This document shows, in pieces, positions 20,693-30,451 of a stretch of DNA of 64,000 bases. This DNA comes from an uncultured Actinomycetota bacterium. GTDB taxonomy: Bacteria > Actinomycetota > Actinomycetes > Propionibacteriales > Nocardioidaceae. A program made the position numbers and the translations under genes. The notes beneath the pieces are model-generated. The model made no database searches. It was not told the DNA's origin and worked only from the letters and a program-made list of their open reading frames with translations. Positions within the stretch are counted from its first letter, which is position 1, and every line of letters begins with the position of its first letter. Location of the stretch: positions 50,337-114,336 of the forward strand of contig CAVQSC010000003.1 of NCBI GenBank assembly GCA_963715375.1. Direction: 5' to 3'.

Positions 20693-21177
20693 ATGGACCT
20701 CAGCCGGCACCCCGACAACTGGGACGGGTCGACCCTCTACGCCGACGACCTCACCGTCGGCGAGGTCTTCGACCTCGGGTCGCACACCGTGACGACCGAG
20801 GAGCTCGTCGACTTCGCCGGCACCTGGGATCCCCAGTTCTTCCACGTCGACGAGGAGGCCGGCGACACGCGGGCTGTTCGGCGGGCTCATCGCCAGCGGC
20901 ATCCACACGATGGCGGTCTTCCAGCGCCTGTCGGTGGCGGCTTCTGGTACCGCAGCGCGACGATCGCCGCGCGCGGGATCCGCGAGGTCCGCTTCCTCAG
21001 CCCGATGAGGCCGGGGACCACCATCACCGGACGCATGGTGGTCGAGGAGGTACGCCACCGGGACGCGGACGCTCGCTGGTCACCGTGTCGGGCACGCTCG
21101 ACGAGACGACCGGCAAGCAGGTCCTGGCGATGACGCTCGACGCCTACCTCGCGCGCCGGGTCGACGACCGGCGCTGA
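20693..21177 (+). CDS. MaoC/PaaZ-type (R)-specific hydratase, with apparent frameshifts (~20870, ~20938, ~21070)
   Basis: LYADDL, FAGTWDPQFFHVDEE, then FGGLIASGIHT in another frame, then VRFLSPMRPG. Confidence 0.75.
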
Positions 21178-21194
21178 GCCACGCGGGAGCTCTC

Positions 21195-22415
21195 TCATCC
21201 CCACTCCCGCGTGTCCACGAGGACGCCGCCGTCGCCATCGTCGAGGGACTCCACCAGACGCACCTCGGGACGGACTCGGAGTGCGTCCCTGGTCTGCTGG
21301 GTGGCCGCAGCGACCAGGGTCGCCTGGTCCGCACTGTCCGAGGCCACGAGGTCCAGGCGCAGGACGTCCCGGTCCCCCGACCGCTCGACGACGAAGCGTC
21401 CTGCGCTGGCGCCCGCGTCCCGCAGGGCACCCACCACCTGGGCGGCCTGATGCGGGTGCACGAACATGCCGCGAACCTTGACGGCGGCGCCGACACGTCC
21501 CAGCACTCCGGCCAGTCGGAGGTCGCCGTCGGGGCCGAGCACCCACCTCGAGACATCGCCCGTGCCGAAACGCAGCAACGGGTAGTCGGTGTGCAGGAGC
21601 GACACCACCACCTCACCGAGATCGCCCGGCTGTGCGGGCCGGCCGGTGCCCGGGTCACAGATCTGGACATAGCCCTGGTCGGGGAGCCGCAGGCCCTCCC
21701 CCGGCGTCGTCTCGAAGCCGATCAGCCCCGCCTCGGCGGTCCCGTACGCCATGAGCACCGTGGGCACACGCACTCTGAGCTGGGCGCGCAAGGTGTCGGG
21801 CAACGGCTCAGCGGTGACGAGCGCCTTGGCCACTCTCCACCGATCGGCCTCGATCGCGAGGCCGTCGAACCGGTCCACGAGCGTCGCGAGGTAGCTCGGC
21901 AGGCCGATGAAGGCGGTCACCCCGAGAGCGGCGATCACCTGGGCCTGGACCTCGGGTGCACCGACGCCGCCGGGTACGACGGTGGCGCCGACCGCCCGGC
22001 AGGCCTCGTCGAACATCGCGCCCGCGGGCGAGAGGTGGTAGCTGAAGCAGTTCAGCACAACGTCGTCCGGACCGATCCCGCATGCTTCCAGGGCCGGACT
22101 CCACCCCCACGGGTCCGACCCCGCGAGCTGCGGCTCGTAGATCGGACCGGGCGAGGCGAAGAGCCGGACGACCGCCGCCCCGTCAGCGAGGAGCCCGCCG
22201 AGCGGAGGGTGCGCCTCTTGGACGGCGGGGAGCGAGTCCTTGCTCAGCACCGAGATCCGGTCGAGGTCGGCGAGCTCGGCGTCAGCGGCGCTGACCCCTG
22301 CGTCTGCCAGACGGGCGTCCAGGCTCGGCGCCCGCCCCGCCGCCGACCGCACCACCTCGAGCACCCGTGGCCCGTTTCGGTCCACGTAGTCCTGATGGGC
22401 TTCGACGACGGACAT
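21195..22415 (-). CDS. Phenylacetate-CoA ligase-like protein with atypical P-loop
   Basis: FASPGPIYEP, NCFSYHLSPAG, YGTAEAG, YPLLRFGTGD, KVRGMFVHP. Confidence 0.8.
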   Translation of the reverse strand: MSVVEAHQDYVDRNGPRVLEVVRSAAGRAPSLDARLADAGVSAADAELADLDRISVLSKDSLPAVQEAHPPLGGLLADGAAVVRLFASPGPIYEPQLAGSDPWGWSPALEACGIGPDDVVLNCFSYHLSPAGAMFDEACRAVGATVVPGGVGAPEVQAQVIAALGVTAFIGLPSYLATLVDRFDGLAIEADRWRVAKALVTAEPLPDTLRAQLRVRVPTVLMAYGTAEAGLIGFETTPGEGLRLPDQGYVQICDPGTGRPAQPGDLGEVVVSLLHTDYPLLRFGTGDVSRWVLGPDGDLRLAGVLGRVGAAVKVRGMFVHPHQAAQVVGALRDAGASAGRFVVERSGDRDVLRLDLVASDSADQATLVAAATQQTRDALRVRPEVRLVESLDDGDGGVLVDTREWG

Positions 22416-22430
22416 GGCATCTCCCCTGGC

Positions 22431-23279
22431 TCAGAGCCACCGCTTGCGGCGCTTGTAGTGCTTGACGTCCCGGTAGCTCTTCTGGCCGGCCTCGCCGAGC
22501 CCGAGGTAGAACTCCTTCACGTCGGGGTTCTCGATGAGCTCGGCCGCCGGTCCCTCGAGGACGATCCGCCCCTGCTCGAGGATGTACCCGTGGTCGGCCA
22601 CCTCGAGGGCGCGGCGGGCGTTCTGCTCGATAACCAGCATGGTGATGCCCTGGTCCTTGTTGAGGTCCCTGATGTAGCCGAAGATCTCCTGCACGAGGAG
22701 CGGCGCGAGACCCAACGAGGGCTCGTCGAGCATCAGCAGTCGCGGCTTGGCCATCAGTGCCCGCCCGATCGCCAGCATCTGCTGCTCGCCTCCGGAGAGA
22801 TAGCCGGCGATGCGGTCGCGCATGTCGCCGAGCAGCCGGAAGTACGTGTACACGAGGTCGAAGTCCTCGGCCGTCGCACCTCCTCGCGAGTAGCCGCCCG
22901 CGACGAGGTTCTCGTGCACGGTCAGGTGCTCGAACACATGCCGGCCCTCCACGCACAGCGAGAGCCCCGCCTTCACGCGGGCGGCGGCGTCCATCCGGGT
23001 GATGTCCCTCCCGTCGAACGTGATCGAGCCGTCCGTGATCTCCCCACGCTCGCTGGGCAACAGGCCCGAGATCGCCTTGAGCGTCGTCGACTTGCCTGCG
23101 CCGTTCGACCCCAGGAGCGCGACGATCTGGCCCTCCGGCACGTCGAGCGACAGCCCGCGCAGCACCAGGATCACCTCGTCGTAGATGACCTCGACGTTGT
23201 TGACGGTGAGCAGCCCCGAGGGGACGGCGCCCGGAGCTGCTCCGGGCGCGCCTCCCTGCGGCACCGGTGACGAGGTCAT
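22431..23279 (-). CDS. HAAT-family ABC transporter ATP-binding protein (LivF-like)
   Basis: GSNGAGKST, LSGGEQQM, LDEPSLGLAP, YKRRKRWL C-terminus. Confidence 0.92.
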   Translation of the reverse strand: MTSSPVPQGGAPGAAPGAVPSGLLTVNNVEVIYDEVILVLRGLSLDVPEGQIVALLGSNGAGKSTTLKAISGLLPSERGEITDGSITFDGRDITRMDAAARVKAGLSLCVEGRHVFEHLTVHENLVAGGYSRGGATAEDFDLVYTYFRLLGDMRDRIAGYLSGGEQQMLAIGRALMAKPRLLMLDEPSLGLAPLLVQEIFGYIRDLNKDQGITMLVIEQNARRALEVADHGYILEQGRIVLEGPAAELIENPDVKEFYLGLGEAGQKSYRDVKHYKRRKRWL

Positions 23280-24473
23280 TCCGGGGTGACGCCGGTCTCG
23301 AGGGGCTTCATCACGCCATCCTCGACGACGTAGATGCCGGTACCGGTCGAGCCCCGGTGGGAGTCGGCGGAGAACTCCACCTCACCGGTGCCGACCACAC
23401 CACCGGTGTCGATCGGCCCCATGGTCTCCAGTGCTTCCTTGATGGCACTCCCGCTCAGGTCACCCCCGTCCTCGAGCGCTGCCCGGATGCCCTCGGCCAT
23501 CACGTCCATCGTGTACCAGCCCTGGGCGTAGTGCAGGCCCTCGTCCTCGAGTGAGGAACCCTCGCTCTCGAGGAACTTCTGGATCTCTTCGTGGCCCGGC
23601 TCCTTCGCCGTGATCGGTGCGAACGGCTGGATCAGCACGTGGCCCTCTGCTGCGTCACCAGCCGTGTCCACGAAGATCTCGTCGGAGCACCAGTTGAGGC
23701 ACACGATCTTCATGTCCAGGCCCTGTGCCTTGATGTCCTTGGCCACCTGCGCCGCGGGACTCGACACGTTCTGGATCACGATGTACTTCGCGCCCTGCTT
23801 CTCCGCCTGAGACAGCAGGCCGACGTAGTTCGCGCTCTCGGCGGGCATGGCGTACGGCTCCATGGTCAGGTCGAGGCTCTTCTCGTCGATCCACGCCTGC
23901 CCGTCCTCCAGCGGAGCGAGGCCGAAGGGCGAGTCGTTGTGGAAGAACGCGACCTGGGTCGCACCTCCGGCGTCCTCGCTGATCCAGTTGAGGGCGATGC
24001 GCATCTGGTCGGAGTAGGTGGGCGCCACGACGAAGTTGTACGGCGCCTCGTTCGGGTCGGTCAGCACCTCGGCGTACGACGCAGACATGAAGGGCAGCTC
24101 GTCGGCGGCAACCTTGTTCATGAGGGCCTCGGAGTCACCGGTGCCCCACCCCTGGATCGCCACGACGCCGTCGTTGACGTACTCCTTGTAGAGGCGTTCC
24201 GCCGTCGGCACGTCGTACGCGTAGTCCTTCGACGTGGCATCGATCTCGCGCCCGTCGATGCCGCCTTTCTCGTTGATCCACTTGACGTAGCCGAGCATGC
24301 CGTCGTTGTAGGGCGCACCCACGTCGCCCGTGGCGCCGGTGAGGTCGGCGATGACGCCGATCTTGATCGGGCCCTCGATTGTCGGCGCCGGAGTCACCTC
24401 CGCCTGGGGCGCAGGCGGTGAGTCCAAGCGAGAGAGCGGCCATGGCTGCAACCGTCCACCGGATTCCAGACAT
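23276..24473 (-). CDS. ABC substrate-binding lipoprotein (LivK-like), apparent frameshift ~24378
   Basis: Lipobox LTAC in the 24473 frame; the mature domain IKIGVIADLTGAT...GWGTGD lies in another frame. Confidence 0.85.
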
Positions 24474-24487
24474 GGTTTCTCCTTTGG

Positions 24488-25549
24488 TTAGTAGCGGAAC
24501 GGCCAGAAACGGACGTAGTCCTTCATGCGCTGCCAGATGCGGTCGAGACCGCGCGGTTCGAACAGCAGAAAGAGGACGATGACGAGACCGAAGACCGCGT
24601 TCTCGATCGCGGGCAGCCGGCTGACGAGGAACGGGACGCGGTCACCGACTGCGAAGATCAGCTCGTTGAGCAGCACGGGGACCACCATCATGAAGAAGGC
24701 GCCGTAGACGGAGCCGGCGATGCTCCCGAGGCCGCCGACGATGATCATCGCGAGGTAGAGGATCGAGACCTCGAGGGTGAACGACTCCCAGGTGACGGTC
24801 TCGGTGTAGTGCGCCGAGAGCGCGCCGGCGAGGCCGACGAAACCCGACGAGACGGCGAAGGCGGTCACCTTGGCCCGCGTCAGGTTCACACCGATCACGC
24901 TGGCGGCGATGTCCTGGTCACGCACGGCCATGAACGACCGTCCGAGTCCGGTGCGGAACAGGTTGCGCGCCCCGACCACCGACAGCACCGCGCAGGCGAG
25001 CAGGATCCAGTACCACTGCCACTCGAAGTAGTCACGGGTGATCTCGAAGCCTCCGAGGTGGAGGCGGTCGATCGAGAGCGGGGCAGTGCCCTCGCGCAGG
25101 AACTCCCAGCGGCGAGCGATGAAGACGATGATCACCTGGCTCGCCAGCGTTGCGATCGCGAGGTAGAGGCCCTTGAGACGCAGCGCGGGCAGTCCGAACA
25201 GTGCACCGGCCAGAGCGGTGACGACCACGGCTGCCGCGATGCTGAGAGGCGCGGGAAGACCCGCGCGCTCGTAGAGAAGTGCGGAGGTGAAGGCGCCCAC
25301 GGCCAGGAAGCCACCCTGACCGAGCGAGATCTGTCCGGTGAAGCCGACGAGGATGTTCAGGCCGACGGCGCCGATGACCGCGATCAGGATCGTGTTCAGG
25401 ATCGAGAGCCAGTAGTTGTCGATCATGTAGGGCACGGCGATCATGCCGACGACCACGAGTGCCAGCCGGAAGTACTCCGCACGCGTGTGCCGCAGCGCAA
25501 GGTCCTTCGGGTAGCTGCGCTGGTAGACGCCGGTGGCCGTCGCCGCCAT
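24488..25549 (-). CDS. HAAT ABC permease (LivM-like)
   Basis: GLNILVGFTGQISLG, LRLKGLYLAIATL, IVGGLGS, WPFRY. Start ATG 25549. Confidence 0.9.
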   Translation of the reverse strand: MAATATGVYQRSYPKDLALRHTRAEYFRLALVVVGMIAVPYMIDNYWLSILNTILIAVIGAVGLNILVGFTGQISLGQGGFLAVGAFTSALLYERAGLPAPLSIAAAVVVTALAGALFGLPALRLKGLYLAIATLASQVIIVFIARRWEFLREGTAPLSIDRLHLGGFEITRDYFEWQWYWILLACAVLSVVGARNLFRTGLGRSFMAVRDQDIAASVIGVNLTRAKVTAFAVSSGFVGLAGALSAHYTETVTWESFTLEVSILYLAMIIVGGLGSIAGSVYGAFFMMVVPVLLNELIFAVGDRVPFLVSRLPAIENAVFGLVIVLFLLFEPRGLDRIWQRMKDYVRFWPFRY

Positions 25550-25551
25550 GG

Positions 25552-26428
25552 TCAGACCCTCTCGATGCGGGTCTCGCCGAAGAGACCGTAGGGACGGACG
25601 AGCAGGATCGCGATCAGCAGCAGGTACGGCGCGATCTGGGCGAGGCCGGGGTCGCCGTACCCGCTGACGTACTGGGTGGTGAGGCCGATCGTCAGACCTC
25701 CGACGATCGTTCCGGGGACCGAGTCCAGGCCGCCGAGGATCACCACGGGGAAGACGAAGAGGCCGAAGGTGGCCAACCGTCCGCTCACCTCGGTGACGTC
25801 GCCGAGCAGGATGCCCCCGACGAGCGCGCTCACTGCTGCCAGCGCCCAGGCCATCGCGAAGACCCGGCGTACGGAGATCCCCATGGTCAGAGCGGCCTGC
25901 TGGTCGTCGGCCACTGCGCGCATCGCGATCCCGTGCCTGCTGCGGCGGAAGAAGTTCGTGAACGCCGACAAGCACCGCCGCAGCGATCAGGATGACCAGG
26001 AGCCGGTTCAACGGAACGGACGTTCCGGGCAGCAGCTCCACGGGGGTGCGCGGCAGGAGTGCGGGCTGCTGGACCGGTCGCGTGCCGAAGATGAGCTGGA
26101 CTGCGGCCCGGAGGAATGCCGCCAGACCGATGGTCACCATGATCACGCTGATCGCGCTTTCACCGATGAGCGGACGCAGGACCAGCCGCTCGATCGCGAT
26201 GCCGAGGATGATCGCGAAGGCGACTCCGATGACGACCGCGGCGACCATGGGGAGCCGGAAGACGACGAAGGCGGCGTACAAGGTGTAGGCGCCGATGAGC
26301 AGGAACTCGCCCTGGGCGAAGTTGATGACCCCGGTCGCCTTGTAGATGAGCACGAACCCGAGTGCGGCGAGCGCCAGGATGGCACCGTCGGACAGGCCGT
26401 AGACGGTGAGGTTGAGGAACGTGTTCAT
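25552..26428 (-). CDS. HAAT ABC permease (LivH-like), apparent frameshift ~25975
   Basis: ALGFVLIYKATGVINFAQGE in one frame; GIAMRAVADD...ILGGLDS...RPYGLFG in the next. Confidence 0.85.
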
Positions 26429-28416
26429 CGCCGACCGCTCCAGACCGGACGCACACTCTTCCGTTCGGGCGGTGCGTAGCCATCGAGGTCCCGGATCTTG
26501 AGGTCGATCGTCCGCTTCACCGTCGTGCCGTCCTGGTAGGTCACCGTGTTCGTGATGCTCACCGAGTCCTGTCGGTGTTCGAGCGCCGCGATCAGGTCGG
26601 CGTACCGCTCGGCGATCACGTTCCGACGCACCTTCCTGGTGCGGGTGATCTCGTCGTCGTCGGGGTCGAGCTGCTTGAACAGCAGGAGGAAGCGACGGAC
26701 CTTGATGCTGTCCGGCAGGTCGGTGTTGGCACGGTGCACCTCGTCGGTGAGGAGCTCGTACACCTCGGGCTTCTGCGCCAGGTCGGTGTACGTCGTGTAG
26801 GTGAGGTGCTCGCTCTCGGCCCAGGAGCCGACTGTCATCGCGTCGATCGTGATCATCGCGGTGATCTCGTCCTTGCCGAAGACGACCGCCTCCTCGACGT
26901 ACGGGGAGAACTTCAGCTTGTTCTCGATGAAGGCGCTGGAGAAACGCGTGCCGTCGGCGGCGGTCAGCACGTCCTTGGCACGGTCGATCACCACCAGGTG
27001 CCCCTCGTCGAGGTAGCCGGCGTCGCCGGTGTGGAGCCAGCCATCCTCCTCGATGGCCTCCGCGGTGGCCGACTCGTTGCCGACGTAGCCGACGAACACC
27101 GACGGGGAGCGCAGGAGGATCTCGCCGTCGTCGCTGATCCTCAGCTCGGTCTGCGGGATCGGTACCCCCACCGTGTGGAAGCGCACGTCGTCGTCGCGGT
27201 GGACGACGGCGATGCCGCAGATCTCGGTCTGGCCGTAGATCTGCTTCAGGTTGACGCCGATCGCGTGGAAGAAGCGGAACACGTCGGGGCCGAGTGGCGC
27301 GCCTCCGGTGTAGCAACGCCTGATGCGTGTCAGGCCGAGCTGGTCGCGCACCGGCCGGAGCGCGACCCAGTCGGCGAGCTGCACCAGCAGTCGCGACCCG
27401 AGGCCGACTCGCTTGCCGCGCACACGCCGCTCGGCGACCCTGTCGCCGATGTCGTAGCCGATGCCGAAGACCTTCCGCTTGAGCCAACCGGCCTCGTCGA
27501 TGCGCACCTGGACCTCCGAGAGCATCGACTCCCAGATCCGCGGCGGGCTGAACATGACGTGTGGCCCGATCTCCCGCAGGTCGCTGCGCTGGGTCGAGGC
27601 GTCCTCCGGGAAGGACAGCGTCATGCCCCGGGAGAGTCCACAGGCGACGGCGATCATCTGCTCGCCGATCCAGGCAAGCGGGAGAAAGGAGACGAACCTG
27701 TCCTTCGGCCCCAGTGGGTCGATCGAGGTCAGGTTGTCCGCCATCGACAGGAGGTTGCGGTGCGTCAGCTGGCCGAGCTTGGGCCGCGACGTCGTCCCCG
27801 AGGTCGTGCACACGACAGCGATGTCGTCGGGGTCGCCCTGGGCGACCTCCTGCTCGAACCATCCCTCGCGGCCCTCTCGCCACTCGCGCCCACGCACCTC
27901 GATGGCGGAGAACTCCAGGAGCCACGACTCGGTGTAGGTCTCCAGGCCGTGCGGGTCGTAGAAGACGACCCACTCGAGGAGCGGCACCAGCGGCTTGACC
28001 CGGAGCAGCTTGTCTACCTGCTCCTGGTCCTCCGCGACCACCACCTTCGCCTCGGCGACCGTGAGGATGTGCACGATCTCCTCGTCCAGGCTCGTGGGAT
28101 AGATGCCCACCACTGCGGCCCCGATGGACTGAGCGGCGACCTCGGCGATCAGCCACTCGGGTCGGTTGTCCCCCAGGACCGCGACGATCTCTCCGCGGGC
28201 CACGCCGAGTGCGGCCAGCCCGCAACCGAAGTCGCGCATGCGGTCCGCGTACTCCTGCCAGCTGATCGGCTGCCAGATGCCGTAGAGCTTCTCCTGCAGC
28301 GCCACGCCCTTCGGCCGCTCGGCGGCGCGCTGGGCCAGGAGTCGCGGAAAGGTCTGGCCCGCACTGTCGTGGTCAAGGTGCGCCGCTGGGCGTTCGCCGG
28401 TGAGTACCTCGCTCAT
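26425..28416 (-). CDS. Long-chain acyl-CoA synthetase embedded in the ABC operon
   Basis: TTSGTTSRPK, FLPLAWIGE, YGQTE, WLHTGDAG, TRTRKVRR. Start ATG 28416. Confidence 0.9.
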   Translation of the reverse strand: MSEVLTGERPAAHLDHDSAGQTFPRLLAQRAAERPKGVALQEKLYGIWQPISWQEYADRMRDFGCGLAALGVARGEIVAVLGDNRPEWLIAEVAAQSIGAAVVGIYPTSLDEEIVHILTVAEAKVVVAEDQEQVDKLLRVKPLVPLLEWVVFYDPHGLETYTESWLLEFSAIEVRGREWREGREGWFEQEVAQGDPDDIAVVCTTSGTTSRPKLGQLTHRNLLSMADNLTSIDPLGPKDRFVSFLPLAWIGEQMIAVACGLSRGMTLSFPEDASTQRSDLREIGPHVMFSPPRIWESMLSEVQVRIDEAGWLKRKVFGIGYDIGDRVAERRVRGKRVGLGSRLLVQLADWVALRPVRDQLGLTRIRRCYTGGAPLGPDVFRFFHAIGVNLKQIYGQTEICGIAVVHRDDDVRFHTVGVPIPQTELRISDDGEILLRSPSVFVGYVGNESATAEAIEEDGWLHTGDAGYLDEGHLVVIDRAKDVLTAADGTRFSSAFIENKLKFSPYVEEAVVFGKDEITAMITIDAMTVGSWAESEHLTYTTYTDLAQKPEVYELLTDEVHRANTDLPDSIKVRRFLLLFKQLDPDDDEITRTRKVRRNVIAERYADLIAALEHRQDSVSITNTVTYQDGTTVKRTIDLKIRDLDGYAPPERKSVRPVWSGRR

Positions 28417-29258
28417 GCCTCGGACCCCAGGTAGGCCTCGATGACGACTTCGTCCTGGCGCACCTCGTCGGGGGTGCCGTCCCCGATCAGCTTCCCGAAG
28501 TCCAGAACGGTGACCCGGTTGGAGATGTCCATGACCACGCCCATGTCGTGCTCGATCAGCATCACGGTGACCGCGCGCAGCTCGTTCACGTCGAGGATGT
28601 AGCGCGCCATGTCCTCCTTCTCCTCGGCGTTCATGCCGGCCATCGGCTCGTCGAGGAGCAGCAGCGAAGGCTCGACGCAGAGCGCCCGTCCGAGCTCGAC
28701 GCGCTTCTGGATTCCGTAGGCGAGTGAACCGACGTGATGGTGGCGGTGCGCCTGCAGCTGCAAGAGGTCGATGACCTCTTCCACGAAGGTGCGGTGACGC
28801 ACCTCCTGGCTGCGTGCCGGGCCGAACCACAGCATCGAGGGAAGCAACCGGTGGCTCATGTGGATGTGGCGGCCGAGCATCAGGTTCTCGAGCACGGTCA
28901 GGTGCCCGAACAGCTCGATGTTCTGAAACGAGCGCGCGACGCCGAGGCGCGCTGTCCGGTGCGGCTTCGACTTCGCCAGGTCGTGGGTCGAGGCAACGCC
29001 GTTCTCGTCCCTGGTGTGCAGCAGGATCTCGCCGTCCTGCGGCCGGTACAGCCCACTCGCGCAGTTGAGGAGGCTGGACTTGCCGGCGCCGTTCGGACCG
29101 ATGACGGCGTGCACGTCTCCCTGCGTCACGGTGAAGGAGACGTCACTCAGGGCTCGGATACCGCGGAAGCGCAGCGACACGCCGCGGACCTCCAGCAAGG
29201 GCTGCCCGACCGGCACCCTGCTCGAGTTCAGCCGAAAGCGATACTCCCGGGTCAGCAT
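28413..29258 (-). CDS. HAAT ABC transporter ATP-binding protein (LivG-like)
   Basis: GPNGAGKS, RSFQNIELF, LDEPMAGM, IEHDM, EAYLG. The true start may be slightly downstream. Confidence 0.9.
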   Translation of the reverse strand: MLTREYRFRLNSSRVPVGQPLLEVRGVSLRFRGIRALSDVSFTVTQGDVHAVIGPNGAGKSSLLNCASGLYRPQDGEILLHTRDENGVASTHDLAKSKPHRTARLGVARSFQNIELFGHLTVLENLMLGRHIHMSHRLLPSMLWFGPARSQEVRHRTFVEEVIDLLQLQAHRHHHVGSLAYGIQKRVELGRALCVEPSLLLLDEPMAGMNAEEKEDMARYILDVNELRAVTVMLIEHDMGVVMDISNRVTVLDFGKLIGDGTPDEVRQDEVVIEAYLGSEA

Positions 29259-29445
29259 CTGGGCACCACCTCCGGCAAACGGATGTGACCGAGCACACGG
29301 GTGCGTTGGGGCGACCGTAACACCGTGAGAGGCGGCGGCTCCGGCTTCCGCCCAACTCGCCTGGCCGTCCCCCTGGGTGACCCCGCGGGGGCCGCCGGTT
29401 CACGGACCGACGGGGGACGACCATTCGCGCCCCCGAAGCGGTCCC

Positions 29446-29802
29446 TCAGCCCGGCGGCCAACCCATCCGCCGGCCTCCGAGGACGTGCAGGTGCACGTGG
29501 AAGACCAGCTGGTTGGCACCCGCGCCGGTGTTGAAGACGAGGCGGTAGCCGTCCTCGAGGCCCTCCTGCTCAGCGACGGCGTGCGCGACGGTCAGGAGGT
29601 CCACGGCCGTGCTGGGCTCGTCGTGGGCGAGCTCGGCGGCGTTGCGGTGGTGGTTGCGCGAGATCACGAGCACGTGCACCGGCGCCTGAGGCTCGATGTC
29701 GCGGAAGGCGATCGTCGTCTCCGTCTCGTGCACGATGTCCGCGGGGATCTCTCCCGCGACGATCTTGCAGAACAGGCAGTCGTCTTCTCGTCGTGCGCTC
29801 AT
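29446..29802 (-). CDS. Histidine triad (HIT) nucleotide-binding protein
   Basis: CLFCKI and FHVHLHVLGG. ATG is 6 nt after TAGGGT. Confidence 0.95.
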   Translation of the reverse strand: MSARREDDCLFCKIVAGEIPADIVHETETTIAFRDIEPQAPVHVLVISRNHHRNAAELAHDEPSTAVDLLTVAHAVAEQEGLEDGYRLVFNTGAGANQLVFHVHLHVLGGRRMGWPPG

Positions 29803-29899
29803 GCGCCCACCCTAGGGGGCCGGAAACGCGAGGTGCATCGCGAGGAAACCCCCTTCCCCGGCGTGTAAACCCCGGAGGTGTGGTGCGCGTGGAACTAGC

Positions 29900-30451
29900 G
29901 TGACGAGTGAGATGGTCGCGCCTCTGCACCGCAGGAGGGTCATGAGCACCGCGCCCCGGTGGGACGCCGACACGGCGGTGGACGAGCTGTACGCCGCCCA
30001 CTACCGCCGGCTCGTGCGGCTCTCGGTGCTGCTCGTGCGCGACGTGGAGACCGCGGAGGAGGTCGTCCAGGACTCGTTCGTCGCGATGCACGGTCGCTGG
30101 AGGGCACTTCGCGACCCCGACAAGGCGCTGGCCTACCTCCGCCAGACCGTCGTGAACCGCTCCCGCTCGGTGCTCCGTCACCGCGGCGTGCAGGCACGGC
30201 ACACCCCCGATCCCCCGCCGAACCTCCATGGCGCCGACGAGGACGTCCTGGTCGCCGAGCGGCGCAAGGTCGTGCTCGAAGCGCTCCGTGAGCTCCCCGG
30301 ACGGCAGCGCGAGGTGCTCGCCCTTCGCTACTACCTCGACCTCTCGGAGGCCGACATCGCCAGCACCCTCGGCATCAGCCGCGGCGCCGTCAAGAGCCAC
30401 GCCTCCCGCGGCGTCGCCGCACTCCGACAGCTCCTGGAGGACGCCTCATGA
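29900..30451 (+). CDS. SigE-family ECF sigma factor
   Basis: AEEVVQDSF, AYLRQTVVN, LRYYLDLSEADIASTLGISRGAVKSHASRG. Alternative start ATG 29942. Confidence 0.92.
   Translation: MTSEMVAPLHRRRVMSTAPRWDADTAVDELYAAHYRRLVRLSVLLVRDVETAEEVVQDSFVAMHGRWRALRDPDKALAYLRQTVVNRSRSVLRHRGVQARHTPDPPPNLHGADEDVLVAERRKVVLEALRELPGRQREVLALRYYLDLSEADIASTLGISRGAVKSHASRGVAALRQLLEDAS

Noticed and set aside
24488-28225. 1245-aa ORF that looks like a giant permease fusion
   Set aside because: Artefact of the LivH frameshift plus off-frame read-through over the ligase; LivH and LivM have their own start codons.
13066-29258. Catabolic block as an active mobile element
   Set aside because: No integrase, transposase, tRNA or flanking direct repeats recognised; composition looks similar to the backbone.
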